Source: Escherichia phage T7. Taken from it: a DNA stretch of 39,093 nucleotides. The first letter of the stretch is position 1, and the number at the start of each line of letters is the position of its first letter. The position numbers and the translations under genes were made by a program. The notes beneath the pieces were generated by a model that did not search any database, was not told the DNA's origin, and saw nothing but the letters and a program-made list of their open reading frames with translations. Shown piece after piece: positions 8,314-19,396 of the stretch. Location of the stretch: the sequence record AY264775.1; one strand, written 5' to 3'.

Positions 8314-9012
8314 ATGGCTAAGAAGATTTTCACCTCTGCGCTGGGTACCGCTGAACCTTACGCTTACATCGCCAAGCCGGACTACGGTAACGAAGAGCGT
8401 GGCTTTGGAAACCCTCGTGGTGTCTATAAAGTTGACCTGACTATTCCCAACAAAGACCCGCGCTGCCAGCGTATGGTCGATGAAATCGTGAAGTGTCACG
8501 AAGAGGCTTATGTTGCTGCCGTTGAGGAATACGAAGCTAATCCACCTGCTGTAGCTCGTGGTAAGAAACCGCTGAAACCGTATGAGGGTGACATGCCGTT
8601 CTTCGATAACGGTGACGGTACGACTACTTTTAAGTTCAAATGCTACGCGTCTTTCCAAGACAAGAAGACCAAAGAGACCAAGCGCATCAATCTGGTTGTG
8701 GTTGACTCAAAAGGTAAGAAGATGGAAGACGTTCCGATTATCGGTGGTGGCTCTAAGCTGAAAGTTAAATATTCTCTGGTTCCATACAAGTGGAACACTG
8801 CTGTAGGTGCGAGCGTTAAGCTGCAACTGGAATCCGTGATGCTGGTCGAACTGGCTACCTTTGGTGGCGGTGAAGACGATTGGGCTGACGAAGTTGAAGA
8901 GAACGGCTATGTTGCCTCTGGTTCTGCCAAAGCGAGCAAACCACGCGACGAAGAAAGCTGGGACGAAGACGACGAAGAGTCCGAGGAAGCAGACGAAGAC
9001 GGAGACTTCTAA
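8314..9012 (+). CDS. 2.5: Single-stranded DNA-binding protein (gp2.5)
   Basis: 232-aa ORF with acidic C-terminal tail ...DEESEEADEDGDF. Confidence 0.95.
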   Translation: MAKKIFTSALGTAEPYAYIAKPDYGNEERGFGNPRGVYKVDLTIPNKDPRCQRMVDEIVKCHEEAYVAAVEEYEANPPAVARGKKPLKPYEGDMPFFDNGDGTTTFKFKCYASFQDKKTKETKRINLVVVDSKGKKMEDVPIIGGGSKLKVKYSLVPYKWNTAVGASVKLQLESVMLVELATFGGGEDDWADEVEENGYVASGSAKASKPRDEESWDEDDEESEEADEDGDF

Positions 9013-9432
9013 GTGGAACTGCGGGAGAAAATCCTTGAGCGAATCAAGGTGACTTCCTCTGGGTGTTGGGAGTGGCAGAGCGCTACGAACAATAAAGGGT
9101 ACGGGCAGGTGTGGTGCAACAATACCGGAAAAGTTGTCTACTGTCATCGCGTAATGTCTAATGCTCCGAAAGGTTCTACCGTCCTGCACTCCTGTGATAA
9201 TCCATTATGTTGTAACCCTGAACATCTATCCATAGGAACTCCAAAAGAGAACTCCATTGACATGGTAAATAAGGGTCGCTCACACAAGGGGTATAAACTT
9301 TCAGACGAAGACGTAATGGCAATCATGGAGTCCAGCGAGTCCAATGTATCCTTAGCTCGCACCTATGGTGTCTCCCAACAGATTATTTGTGATATACGCA
9401 AAAGGAGACGACATGGTAGGTTACGGCGTTAA
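9013..9432 (+). CDS. 2.8: gp2.8, HNH endonuclease-like protein
   Basis: 139-aa ORF in frame from a GTG at 9013; Cys/His-rich HNH-like motif region. Confidence 0.8.
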   Translation: MELREKILERIKVTSSGCWEWQSATNNKGYGQVWCNNTGKVVYCHRVMSNAPKGSTVLHSCDNPLCCNPEHLSIGTPKENSIDMVNKGRSHKGYKLSDEDVMAIMESSESNVSLARTYGVSQQIICDIRKRRRHGRLRR

Positions 9433-9862
9433 AGGAATCCGAAAGGTTGGAGCGTTTCGCTCTGGCCTAGAGGACAAGGTTTCAAAGCAGTTGGAATCAA
9501 AAGGTATTAAATTCGAGTATGAAGAGTGGAAAGTGCCTTATGTAATTCCGGCGAGCAATCACACTTACACTCCAGACTTCTTACTTCCAAACGGTATATT
9601 CGTTGAGACAAAGGGTCTGTGGGAAAGCGATGATAGAAAGAAACACTTATTAATTAGGGAGCAGCACCCCGAACTAGACATCCGTATTGTCTTCTCAAGC
9701 TCACGTACTAAGTTATACAAAGGTTCTCCAACGTCTTATGGAGAGTTCTGCGAAAAACATGGTATTAAGTTCGCTGATAAACTGATACCTGCTGAGTGGA
9801 TAAAGGAACCCAAGAAGGAGGTCTCCTTTGATAGATTAAAAAGGAAAGGAGGAAAGAAATAA
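9413..9862 (+). CDS. 3: Endonuclease I, Holliday-junction resolvase (gp3)
   Basis: 149-aa ORF MVGYGVKGIRKVGAFRSGLEDKV... Confidence 0.95.
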   Translation: MVGYGVKGIRKVGAFRSGLEDKVSKQLESKGIKFEYEEWKVPYVIPASNHTYTPDFLLPNGIFVETKGLWESDDRKKHLLIREQHPELDIRIVFSSSRTKLYKGSPTSYGEFCEKHGIKFADKLIPAEWIKEPKKEVSFDRLKRKGGKK

Positions 9863-10317
9863 TGGCTCGTGTACAGTTTAAACAACGTGAATCTACTGAC
9901 GCAATCTTTGTTCACTGCTCGGCTACCAAGCCAAGTCAGAATGTTGGTGTCCGTGAGATTCGCCAGTGGCACAAAGAGCAGGGTTGGCTCGATGTGGGAT
10001 ACCACTTTATCATCAAGCGAGACGGTACTGTGGAGGCAGGACGAGATGAGATGGTTGTAGGCTCTCACGCTAAGGGTTACAATCACAACTCTATCGGCGT
10101 CTGCCTTGTTGGTGGTATCGACGATAAAGGTAAGTTCGACGCTAACTTTACGCCAGCCCAAATGCAATCCCTTCGCTCACTGCTTGTCACATTGCTGGCT
10201 AAGTACGAAGGCGCTGTGCTTCGCGCCCATCATGAGGTGGCGCCGAAGGCTTGCCCTTCGTTCGACCTTAAGCGTTGGTGGGAGAAGAACGAACTGGTCA
10301 CTTCTGATCGTGGATAA
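9862..10317 (+). CDS. 3.5: Lysozyme, N-acetylmuramoyl-L-alanine amidase and RNAP inhibitor (gp3.5)
   Basis: 151-aa ORF MARVQFKQRESTDAIFVHCSATKPSQNVGV... Confidence 0.97.
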   Translation: MARVQFKQRESTDAIFVHCSATKPSQNVGVREIRQWHKEQGWLDVGYHFIIKRDGTVEAGRDEMVVGSHAKGYNHNSIGVCLVGGIDDKGKFDANFTPAQMQSLRSLLVTLLAKYEGAVLRAHHEVAPKACPSFDLKRWWEKNELVTSDRG

Positions 10318-10318
10318 T

Positions 10319-10341
10319 TAATTGAACTCACTAAAGGGAGA
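10319..10341 (+). promoter_or_regulatory. T7 promoter phi3.8
   Basis: taattgaactcactaaagggaga. Confidence 0.85.
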
Positions 10342-10380
10342 CCACAGCGGTTTCCCTTTGTTCGCATTGGAGGTCAAATA

Positions 10381-12479
<2,099 letters not shown>

Positions 12480-12482
<3 letters not shown>

Positions 12483-12502
12483 TACGACTCACTAAAGGAG
12501 AC
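12480..12502 (+). promoter_or_regulatory. T7 promoter phi4.3
   Basis: taatacgactcactaaaggagac. Confidence 0.9.
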
Positions 12503-12507
12503 ACACC

Positions 12508-12720
12508 ATGTTCAAACTGATTAAGAAGTTAGGCCAACTGCTGGTTCGTATGTACAACGTGGAAGCCAAGCGACTGAACGATGAGGCTCGTAAAGAGGCC
12601 ACACAGTCACGCGCTCTGGCGATTCGCTCCAACGAACTGGCTGACAGTGCATCCACTAAAGTTACCGAGGCTGCCCGTGTGGCAAACCAAGCTCAACAGC
12701 TTTCCAAATTCTTTGAGTAA
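12508..12720 (+). CDS. 4.3: gp4.3
   Basis: 70-aa ORF. Confidence 0.8.
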   Translation: MFKLIKKLGQLLVRMYNVEAKRLNDEARKEATQSRALAIRSNELADSASTKVTEAARVANQAQQLSKFFE

Positions 12721-12739
12721 TCAAACAGAAGAAACCATT

Positions 12740-13009
12740 ATGTCTAACGTAGCTGAAACTATCCGTCTATCCGATACAGCTGACCAGTGGAACCGTCGAG
12801 TCCACATCAACGTTCGCAACGGTAAGGCGACTATGGTTTACCGCTGGAAGGACTCTAAGTCTTCTAAGAATCACACTCAGCGTATGACGTTGACAGATGA
12901 GCAAGCACTGCGTCTGGTCAATGCGCTTACCAAAGCTGCCGTGACAGCAATTCATGAAGCTGGTCGCGTCAATGAAGCTATGGCTATCCTCGACAAGATT
13001 GATAACTAA
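12740..13009 (+). CDS. 4.5: gp4.5
   Basis: 89-aa ORF MSNVAETIRLSDTADQW... Confidence 0.85.
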   Translation: MSNVAETIRLSDTADQWNRRVHINVRNGKATMVYRWKDSKSSKNHTQRMTLTDEQALRLVNALTKAAVTAIHEAGRVNEAMAILDKIDN

Positions 13010-13013
13010 GAGT

Positions 13014-13050
13014 GGTATTCTCAAGGTCGCCAAAGTGGTGGCCTTCATGA
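13014..13050 (+). promoter_or_regulatory. RNase III site R4.7 (approximate)
   Basis: tctcaaggtcgccaaagtggtggccttcatgaat motif. Confidence 0.5.
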
Positions 13051-13053
13051 ATA

Positions 13054-13076
13054 CTATTCGACTCACTATAGGAGAT
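13054..13076 (+). promoter_or_regulatory. T7 promoter phi4.7
   Basis: ctattcgactcactataggagat. Confidence 0.85.
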
Positions 13077-13082
13077 ATTACC

Positions 13083-13490
13083 ATGCGTGACCCTAAAGTT
13101 ATCCAAGCAGAAATCGCTAAACTGGAAGTTGAACTGGAGGACGTTAAGTACCATGAAGCTAAGACTCGCTCCGCTGTTCACATCTTGAAAAACTTAGGCT
13201 GGACTTGGACAAGACAGACTGGCTGAAAGAAACCAGAAGTTACCAAGTTGAGTCATAAGGTGTTCGATAAGGACACTATGACCCACATCAAGGCTGGTGA
13301 TTGGGTTAAGGTTGACATGGGAATTGTTGGTGGATACGACTACGTCCGCTCAGTTAGTGACAAATATGCACAAATGTCATACATCACAGATGTTACTCCA
13401 CGCGGTGCAATCGTTACCGATAAGACCAACATGATTCACACAGATTTCTTGACAGTTGTTTCATATGAAGAGATTGTTAAGTCACGATAA
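13083..13490 (+). pseudogene. 4.7: gp4.7 reading frame interrupted by an in-frame TGA at 13224-13226 (codon 48 of 135)
   Basis: ATG at 13083 after phi4.7 and an SD; same frame continues to the stop at 13488-13490; the track splits it into ORFs 12954..13226 and 13248..13490 in one frame. Confidence 0.8.
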
Positions 13491-13508
13491 TCAATAGGAG
13501 AAATCAAT

Positions 13509-15623
13509 ATGATCGTTTCTGACATCGAAGCTAACGCCCTCTTAGAGAGCGTCACTAAGTTCCACTGCGGGGTTATCTACGACTACTCCACCGCTGAGTA
13601 CGTAAGCTACCGTCCGAGTGACTTCGGTGCGTATCTGGATGCGCTGGAAGCCGAGGTTGCACGAGGCGGTCTTATTGTGTTCCACAACGGTCACAAGTAT
13701 GACGTTCCTGCATTGACCAAACTGGCAAAGTTGCAATTGAACCGAGAGTTCCACCTTCCTCGTGAGAACTGTATTGACACCCTTGTGTTGTCACGTTTGA
13801 TTCATTCCAACCTCAAGGACACCGATATGAGTCTTCTGCGTTCCGGCAAATTGCCCGGAAAACGCTTTGGGTCTCACACTTTGGAGGCGTGGGGTTATCG
13901 CTTAGGCGAGATGAAGGGTGAATACAAAGACGACTTTAAGCGTATGCTTGAAGAGCAGGGTGAAGAATACGTTGACGGAATGGAGTGGTGGAACTTCAAC
14001 GAAGAGATGATGGACTATAACGTTCAGGACGTTGTGGTAACTAAAGCTCTTCTTGAGAAGCTACTCTCTGACAAACATTACTTCCCTCCTGAGATTGACT
14101 TTACGGACATAGGATACACTACGTTCTGGTCAGAATCCCTTGAGGCCGTTGACATTGAACATCGTGCTGCATGGCTGCTCGCTAAACAAGAGCGCAACGG
14201 GTTCCCGTTTGACACAAAAGCAATCGAAGAGTTGTACGTAGAGTTAGCTTCTCGCCGCTCTGAGTTGCTCCGTAAATTGACCGAAACGTTCGGCTCGTGG
14301 TATCAGCCTAAAGGTGGCACTGAGATGTTCTGCCATCCGCGAACAGATAAGCCACTACCTAAATACCCTCGCATTAAGACACCTAAAGTTGGTGGTATCT
14401 TTAAGAAGCCTAAGAACAAGGCACAGCGAGAAGGCCGTGAGCCTTGCGAACTTGATACCCGCGAGTACGTTGCTGGTGCTCCTTATACCCCAGTTGAACA
14501 TGTTGTGTTTAACCCTTCGTCTCGTGACCACATTCAGAAGAAACTCCAAGAGGCTGGGTGGGTCCCGACCAAGTACACCGATAAGGGTGCTCCTGTGGTG
14601 GACGATGAGGTACTCGAAGGAGTACGTGTAGATGACCCTGAGAAGCAAGCCGCTATCGACCTCATTAAAGAGTACTTGATGATTCAGAAGCGAATCGGAC
14701 AGTCTGCTGAGGGAGACAAAGCATGGCTTCGTTATGTTGCTGAGGATGGTAAGATTCATGGTTCTGTTAACCCTAATGGAGCAGTTACGGGTCGTGCGAC
14801 CCATGCGTTCCCAAACCTTGCGCAAATTCCGAGTGTACGTTCTCCTTATGGAGAGCAGTGTCGCGCTGCTTTTGGCGCTGAGCACCATTTGGATGGGATA
14901 ACTGGTAAGCCTTGGGTTCAGGCTGGCATCGACGCATCCGGTCTTGAGCTACGCTGCTTGGCTCACTTCATGGCTCGCTTTGATAACGGCGAGTACGCTC
15001 ACGAGATTCTTAACGGCGACATCCACACTAAGAACCAGATAGCTGCTGAACTACCTACCCGAGATAACGCTAAGACATTCATCTATGGGTTCCTCTATGG
15101 TGCTGGTGATGAGAAGATTGGACAGATTGTTGGTGCTGGTAAAGAGCGCGGTAAGGAACTCAAGAAGAAATTCCTTAAGAACACCCCCGCGATTGCAGCA
15201 CTCCGCGAGTCTATCCAACAGACACTTGTCGAGTCCTTTCAATGGGTAGCTGGTGAGCAACAAGTCAAGTGGAAACGCCGCTGGATTAAAGGTCTGGATG
15301 GTCGTAAGATACACGTTCGTAGTCCTCACGCTGCCTTGAATACCCTACTGCAATCTGCTGGTGCTCTCATCTGCAAACTGTGGATTATCAAGACCGAAGA
15401 GATGCTCGTAGAGAAAGGCTTGAAGCATGGCTGGGATGGGGACTTTGCGTACATGGCATGGGTACATGATGAAATCCAAGTAGGCTGCCGTACCGAAGAG
15501 ATTGCTCAGGTGGTCATTGAGACCGCACAAGAAGCGATGCGCTGGGTTGGAGATCACTGGAACTTCCGGTGTCTTCTGGATACCGAAGGTAAGATGGGTC
15601 TTAATTGGGCGATTTGCCACTGA
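13509..15623 (+). CDS. 5: DNA polymerase (gp5)
   Basis: 704-aa ORF, T7 DNA polymerase including the thioredoxin-binding region. Confidence 0.98.
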   Translation: MIVSDIEANALLESVTKFHCGVIYDYSTAEYVSYRPSDFGAYLDALEAEVARGGLIVFHNGHKYDVPALTKLAKLQLNREFHLPRENCIDTLVLSRLIHSNLKDTDMSLLRSGKLPGKRFGSHTLEAWGYRLGEMKGEYKDDFKRMLEEQGEEYVDGMEWWNFNEEMMDYNVQDVVVTKALLEKLLSDKHYFPPEIDFTDIGYTTFWSESLEAVDIEHRAAWLLAKQERNGFPFDTKAIEELYVELASRRSELLRKLTETFGSWYQPKGGTEMFCHPRTDKPLPKYPRIKTPKVGGIFKKPKNKAQREGREPCELDTREYVAGAPYTPVEHVVFNPSSRDHIQKKLQEAGWVPTKYTDKGAPVVDDEVLEGVRVDDPEKQAAIDLIKEYLMIQKRIGQSAEGDKAWLRYVAEDGKIHGSVNPNGAVTGRATHAFPNLAQIPSVRSPYGEQCRAAFGAEHHLDGITGKPWVQAGIDASGLELRCLAHFMARFDNGEYAHEILNGDIHTKNQIAAELPTRDNAKTFIYGFLYGAGDEKIGQIVGAGKERGKELKKKFLKNTPAIAALRESIQQTLVESFQWVAGEQQVKWKRRWIKGLDGRKIHVRSPHAALNTLLQSAGALICKLWIIKTEEMLVEKGLKHGWDGDFAYMAWVHDEIQVGCRTEEIAQVVIETAQEAMRWVGDHWNFRCLLDTEGKMGLNWAICH

Positions 15624-15638
15624 TACAGGAGGCTACTC

Positions 15639-15995
15639 ATGAACGAAAGACACTTAACAGGTGCTGCTTCTGAAATGCTAGTAGCCTACAAATTTACCAA
15701 AGCTGGGTACACTGTCTATTACTCTATGCTGACTCAGAGTAAAGAGGACTTGGTTGTATGTAAGGATGGTAAATTTAGTAAGGTTCAGGTTAAAACAGCT
15801 ACAACGGTTCAAACCAACACAGGAGATGCCAAGCAGGTTAGGCTAGGTGAATGCGGTAGGTCCGAATATAAGGATGGAGACTTTGACATTCTTGCAGTTG
15901 TGGTTGACGAAGATGTGCTTATTTTCACATGGGACGAAGTAAAAGGTAAGACATCCATGTGTGTCGGCAAGAGAAACAAAGGCATAAAACTATAG
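15639..15995 (+). CDS. 5.3: gp5.3
   Basis: 118-aa ORF. Confidence 0.85.
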   Translation: MNERHLTGAASEMLVAYKFTKAGYTVYYSMLTQSKEDLVVCKDGKFSKVQVKTATTVQTNTGDAKQVRLGECGRSEYKDGDFDILAVVVDEDVLIFTWDEVKGKTSMCVGKRNKGIKL

Positions 15996-16006
15996 GAGAA
16001 ATTATT

Positions 16007-16306
16007 ATGGCTATGACAAAGAAATTTAAAGTGTCCTTCGACGTTACCGCAAAGATGTCGTCTAACGTTCAGACAATCTTAGAGAAAGATATGCTGCATC
16101 TATGTAAGCAGGTCGGCTCAAGTGCGATTGTCCCCAATGGTAAACAGAAGGAAATGATTGTCCAGTTTCTGACACACGGTATGGAAGGATTGATGACATT
16201 CGTAGTACGTACATCATTTCGTGAGGCCATTAAGGACATGCACGAAGAGTATGCAGATAAGGACTCTTTCAAACAATCTCCTGCAACAGTACGGGAGGTG
16301 TTCTGA
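16007..16306 (+). CDS. 5.5: gp5.5, H-NS-binding protein
   Basis: 99-aa ORF MAMTKKFKVSFDVTAKMSSNVQTILEKDMLHL... Confidence 0.9.
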   Translation: MAMTKKFKVSFDVTAKMSSNVQTILEKDMLHLCKQVGSSAIVPNGKQKEMIVQFLTHGMEGLMTFVVRTSFREAIKDMHEEYADKDSFKQSPATVREVF

Positions 16307-16515
16307 TGTCTGACTATCTGAAAGTGCTGCAAGCAATCAAAAGTTGCCCTAAGACTTTCCAGTCCAACTATGTACGGAACAATGCGAGCCTCGTAGCGGA
16401 GGCCGCTTCCCGTGGTCACATCTCGTGCCTGACTACTAATGGACGTAACGGTGGCGCTTGAGAAATCACTGCTTCCGATATTCGCTTTCTGAAACGAATG
16501 AGAGGATGTGTCTAA
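16306..16515 (+). pseudogene. 5.7: gp5.7 (inhibitor of sigma-S RNA polymerase) interrupted by an in-frame TGA at 16459-16461 (codon 52 of 69)
   Basis: MSDYLKVLQAIKSCPKTFQSNYVRNNASLVAEAASRGHISCLTTNGRNGGA*EITASDIRFLKRMRGCV*. Confidence 0.8.
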
Positions 16516-16673
16516 TGTCTCGTGACCTTGTGACTATTCTACGCGATGTGTGAAACGATATACAGGGCTACATCGACTCTCTGGAACGTGAGAACGATAG
16601 CCTTAAGAATCAACTAATGGAAGCTGACGAATACGTAGCGGAACTAGAGGAGAAACTTAATGGCACTTCTTGA
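16515..16673 (+). pseudogene. 5.9: gp5.9 (RecBCD inhibitor) interrupted by an in-frame TGA at 16551-16553 (codon 13 of 52)
   Basis: MSRDLVTILRDV*NDIQGYIDSLERENDSLKNQLMEADEYVAELEEKLNGTS*. Confidence 0.85.
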
Positions 16674-17562
16674 CCTTAAACAATTCTATGAGTTACGTGA
16701 AGGCTGCGACGACAAGAGTATCCTTGTGATGGACGGCGACTGGCTGGTCTTCCAAGCTATGAGTGCTGCTGAGTTTGATGCCTCTTGGGAGGAAGAGATT
16801 TGGCACCGATGCTGTGACCACGCTAAGGCCCGTCAGATTCTTGAGGATTCCATTAAGTCCTACGAGACCCGTAAGAAGGCTTGGGCAGGTGCTCCAATTG
16901 TCCTTGCGTTCACCGATAGTGTTAACTGGCGTAAAGAACTGGTTGACCCGAACTATAAGACTAACCGTAAGGCCGTGAAGAAACCTGTAGGGTACTTTGA
17001 GTTCCTTGATGCTCTCTTTGAGCGCGAAGAGTTCTATTGCATCCGTGAGCCTATGCTTGAGGGTGATGACGTTATGGGAGTTATTGCTTCCAATCCGTCT
17101 GCCTTCGGTGCTCGTAAGGCTGTAATCATCTCTTGCGATAAGGACTTTAAGACCATTCCTAACTGTGACTTCCTGTGGTGTACCACTGGTAACATCCTGA
17201 TTCAGACCGAAGAGTCCGCTGACTGGTGGCACCTTTTCCAGACCATCAAGGGTGACATCACTGATGGTTACTCAGGGATTGCTGGATGGGGTGATACCGC
17301 CGAGGACTTCTTGAATAACCCGTTCATAATCGAGCCTAAAACGTCTGTGCTTAAGTCCGGTAAGAACAAAGGCCAAGAGGTTACTAAATGGATTAAACGC
17401 GATCCTGAGCCTCATGAGACGCTTTGGGACTGCATTAAGTCCATTGGCGCGAAGGCTGGTATGACCGAAGAGGATATTATCAAGCAGGGCCAAATGGCTC
17501 GAATTCTACGGTTCAACGAGTACAACTTTATTGACAAGGAGATTTACCTGTGGAGACCGTAG
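16660..17562 (+). CDS. 6: 5'-3' exonuclease (gp6)
   Basis: 300-aa ORF. Confidence 0.97.
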   Translation: MALLDLKQFYELREGCDDKSILVMDGDWLVFQAMSAAEFDASWEEEIWHRCCDHAKARQILEDSIKSYETRKKAWAGAPIVLAFTDSVNWRKELVDPNYKTNRKAVKKPVGYFEFLDALFEREEFYCIREPMLEGDDVMGVIASNPSAFGARKAVIISCDKDFKTIPNCDFLWCTTGNILIQTEESADWWHLFQTIKGDITDGYSGIAGWGDTAEDFLNNPFIIEPKTSVLKSGKNKGQEVTKWIKRDPEPHETLWDCIKSIGAKAGMTEEDIIKQGQMARILRFNEYNFIDKEIYLWRP

Positions 17563-17663
17563 CGTATATTGGTCTGGGTCTTTGTGTTCTCGGAGTGTGC
17601 CTCATTTCGTGGGGCCTTTGGGACTTAGTCAGAATAATCAAGTCGTTACACGACACTAAGTGA
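17550..17663 (+). CDS. 6.3: gp6.3 (37 aa)
   Basis: Frame from GTG at 17550: VETVAYIGLGLCVLGVCLISWGLWDLVRIIKSLHDTK. Confidence 0.55.
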   Translation: METVAYIGLGLCVLGVCLISWGLWDLVRIIKSLHDTK

Positions 17664-17722
17664 TAAACTCAAGGTCCCTAAATTAATACGACTCACTATA
17701 GGGAGATAGGGGCCTTTACGAT
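17656..17722 (+). promoter_or_regulatory. RNase III site R6.5 (approximate; overlaps phi6.5)
   Basis: aactcaaggtccc ... ggggcctttacgattatt motif flanking the promoter. Confidence 0.5.
17684..17706 (+). promoter_or_regulatory. T7 promoter phi6.5 (class III, consensus)
   Basis: taatacgactcactatagggaga. Confidence 0.95.
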
Positions 17723-17760
17723 TATTACTTTAAGATTTAACTCTAAGAGGAATCTTTATT

Positions 17761-18015
17761 ATGTTAACACCTATTAACCAATTACTTAAGAACCCTAACG
17801 ATATTCCAGATGTACCTCGTGCAACCGCTGAGTATCTACAGGTTCGATTCAACTATGCGTACCTCGAAGCGTCTGGTCATATAGGACTTATGCGTGCTAA
17901 TGATTGTAGTGAGGCCCACATCTTGGGTTTCATTCAGGGCCTACAATATGCCTCTAACGTCATTGACGAGATTGAGTTACGCAAGGAACAACTAAGAAAT
18001 GATGAGGAGAATTGA
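17761..18015 (+). CDS. 6.5: gp6.5
   Basis: 84-aa ORF. Confidence 0.85.
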   Translation: MLTPINQLLKNPNDIPDVPRATAEYLQVRFNYAYLEASGHIGLMRANDCSEAHILGFIQGLQYASNVIDEIELRKEQLRNDEEN

Positions 18016-18019
18016 CACT

Positions 18020-18286
18020 ATGTGTTTCTCACCGAAAATTAAAACTCCGAAGATGGATACCAATCAGATTCGAGCCGTTGAGCCAACGCCTCTGACCCAA
18101 GAAGTGTCAAGCGTGGAGTTCGGTGGGTCTTCTGATGAGACGGATACCGAGGGCACCGAAGTGTCTGGACGCAAAGGCCTCAAGGTCGAACGTGATGATT
18201 CCGTAACGAAGTCTAAAGCCAGCGGCAATGGCTCCGCTCGTATGAAATCTTCCATCCGTAAGTCCGCATTTGGAGGTAAGAAGTGA
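18020..18286 (+). CDS. 6.7: gp6.7, virion protein
   Basis: 88-aa ORF MCFSPKIKTPKMDTNQIRAV... Confidence 0.85.
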   Translation: MCFSPKIKTPKMDTNQIRAVEPTPLTQEVSSVEFGGSSDETDTEGTEVSGRKGLKVERDDSVTKSKASGNGSARMKSSIRKSAFGGKK

Positions 18287-18687
18287 TGTCTGAGTTCACA
18301 TGTGTGGAGGCTAAGAGTCGCTTCCGTGCAATCCGGTGGACTGTGGAACACCTTGGGTTGCCTAAAGGATTCGAAGAACACTTTGTGGGCTACAGCCTCT
18401 ACGTAGACGAAGTGATGGACATGTTTGGTTGCCGTGAAGAGTACATTCTGGACTCTACCGGAAAACATGTAGCGTACTTCGCGTGGTGCGTAAGCTGTGA
18501 CATTCACCACAAAGGAGACATTCTGGATGTAACATCCGTTGTCATTAATCCTGAGGCAGACTCTAAGGGCTTACAGCGATTCCTAGCGAAACGCTTTAAG
18601 TACCTTGCGGAACTCCACGATTGCGATTGGGTGTCTCGTTGTAAACATGAAAGCGAGACAATGCGTGTATACTTTAAGGAGGTATAA
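18286..18687 (+). CDS. 7: gp7, host-range protein
   Basis: 133-aa ORF MSEFTCVEAKSRFRAIRW... Confidence 0.85.
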   Translation: MSEFTCVEAKSRFRAIRWTVEHLGLPKGFEEHFVGYSLYVDEVMDMFGCREEYILDSTGKHVAYFAWCVSCDIHHKGDILDVTSVVINPEADSKGLQRFLAKRFKYLAELHDCDWVSRCKHESETMRVYFKEV

Positions 18688-18690
18688 GTT

Positions 18691-18990
18691 ATGGATAAGA
18701 AAGTTAAGAAGGCCGTGAAGAAAGTCGCCAAGTTCGTTAAGAAAGTCGTTAAGGAAGGGGCTCGTCCGGTTAAACAGGTTGCTGGCGGTCTAGCTGGTCT
18801 GGCTGGTGGTACTGGTGAAGCACAGATGGTGAAAGTACCACAAGCTGCCGCACAGATTGTTGACGTACCTGAGAAAGAGGTTTCCACTGAGGACGAAGCA
18901 CAGACAGAAAGCGGACGCAAGAAAGCTCGTGCTGGCGGTAAGAAATCCTTGAGTGTAGCCCGTAGCTCCGGTAGCGGTATCAACATTTAA
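18691..18990 (+). CDS. 7.3: gp7.3, tail-associated virion protein
   Basis: 99-aa Lys/Ala-rich ORF. Confidence 0.85.
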   Translation: MDKKVKKAVKKVAKFVKKVVKEGARPVKQVAGGLAGLAGGTGEAQMVKVPQAAAQIVDVPEKEVSTEDEAQTESGRKKARAGGKKSLSVARSSGSGINI

Positions 18991-19003
18991 TCAAGAGGTT
19001 ATC

Positions 19004-19396
19004 GTGGAAGACTGCATCGAATGGGCCGGAGGTGTCAACTCTAAGGGTTATGATCGTAAGTGGGTTAATGGTAAACTTGTGACTCCACATAGGCACATCT
19101 GTGAGGAGACATATGATCCAGTTCCAACAGGAATTGTGGTGATGCATATCTGCGATAACCCTAGGTGCTATAACATAAAGCACCTTACGCTTGGAACTCC
19201 AAAGAATAATTCCGAGGACATGGTTACCAAAGGTAGACAGGCTAAAGGAGAGGAACTAAGCAAGAAACTTACAGAGTCAGACGTTCTCGCTATACGCTCT
19301 TCAACCTTAAGCCACCGCTCCTTAGGAGAACTGTATGGAGTCAGTCAATCAACCATAACGCGAATACTACAGCGTAAAACATGGAGACACATTTAA
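19004..19396 (+). CDS. 7.7: gp7.7, HNH endonuclease-like protein
   Basis: 130-aa ORF with HNH-like Cys/His motif resembling gp2.8. Confidence 0.85.
   Translation: MEDCIEWAGGVNSKGYDRKWVNGKLVTPHRHICEETYDPVPTGIVVMHICDNPRCYNIKHLTLGTPKNNSEDMVTKGRQAKGEELSKKLTESDVLAIRSSTLSHRSLGELYGVSQSTITRILQRKTWRHI

Noticed and set aside
13083-16673. UGA reassigned to Trp (alternative genetic code)
   Set aside because: TGG codons are retained next to the TGA in gene 4.7, TGA serves as the authentic stop of several genes (for example 0.5 and 1.6), and the host is E. coli. Point nonsense mutations with leaky readthrough are the simpler explanation.
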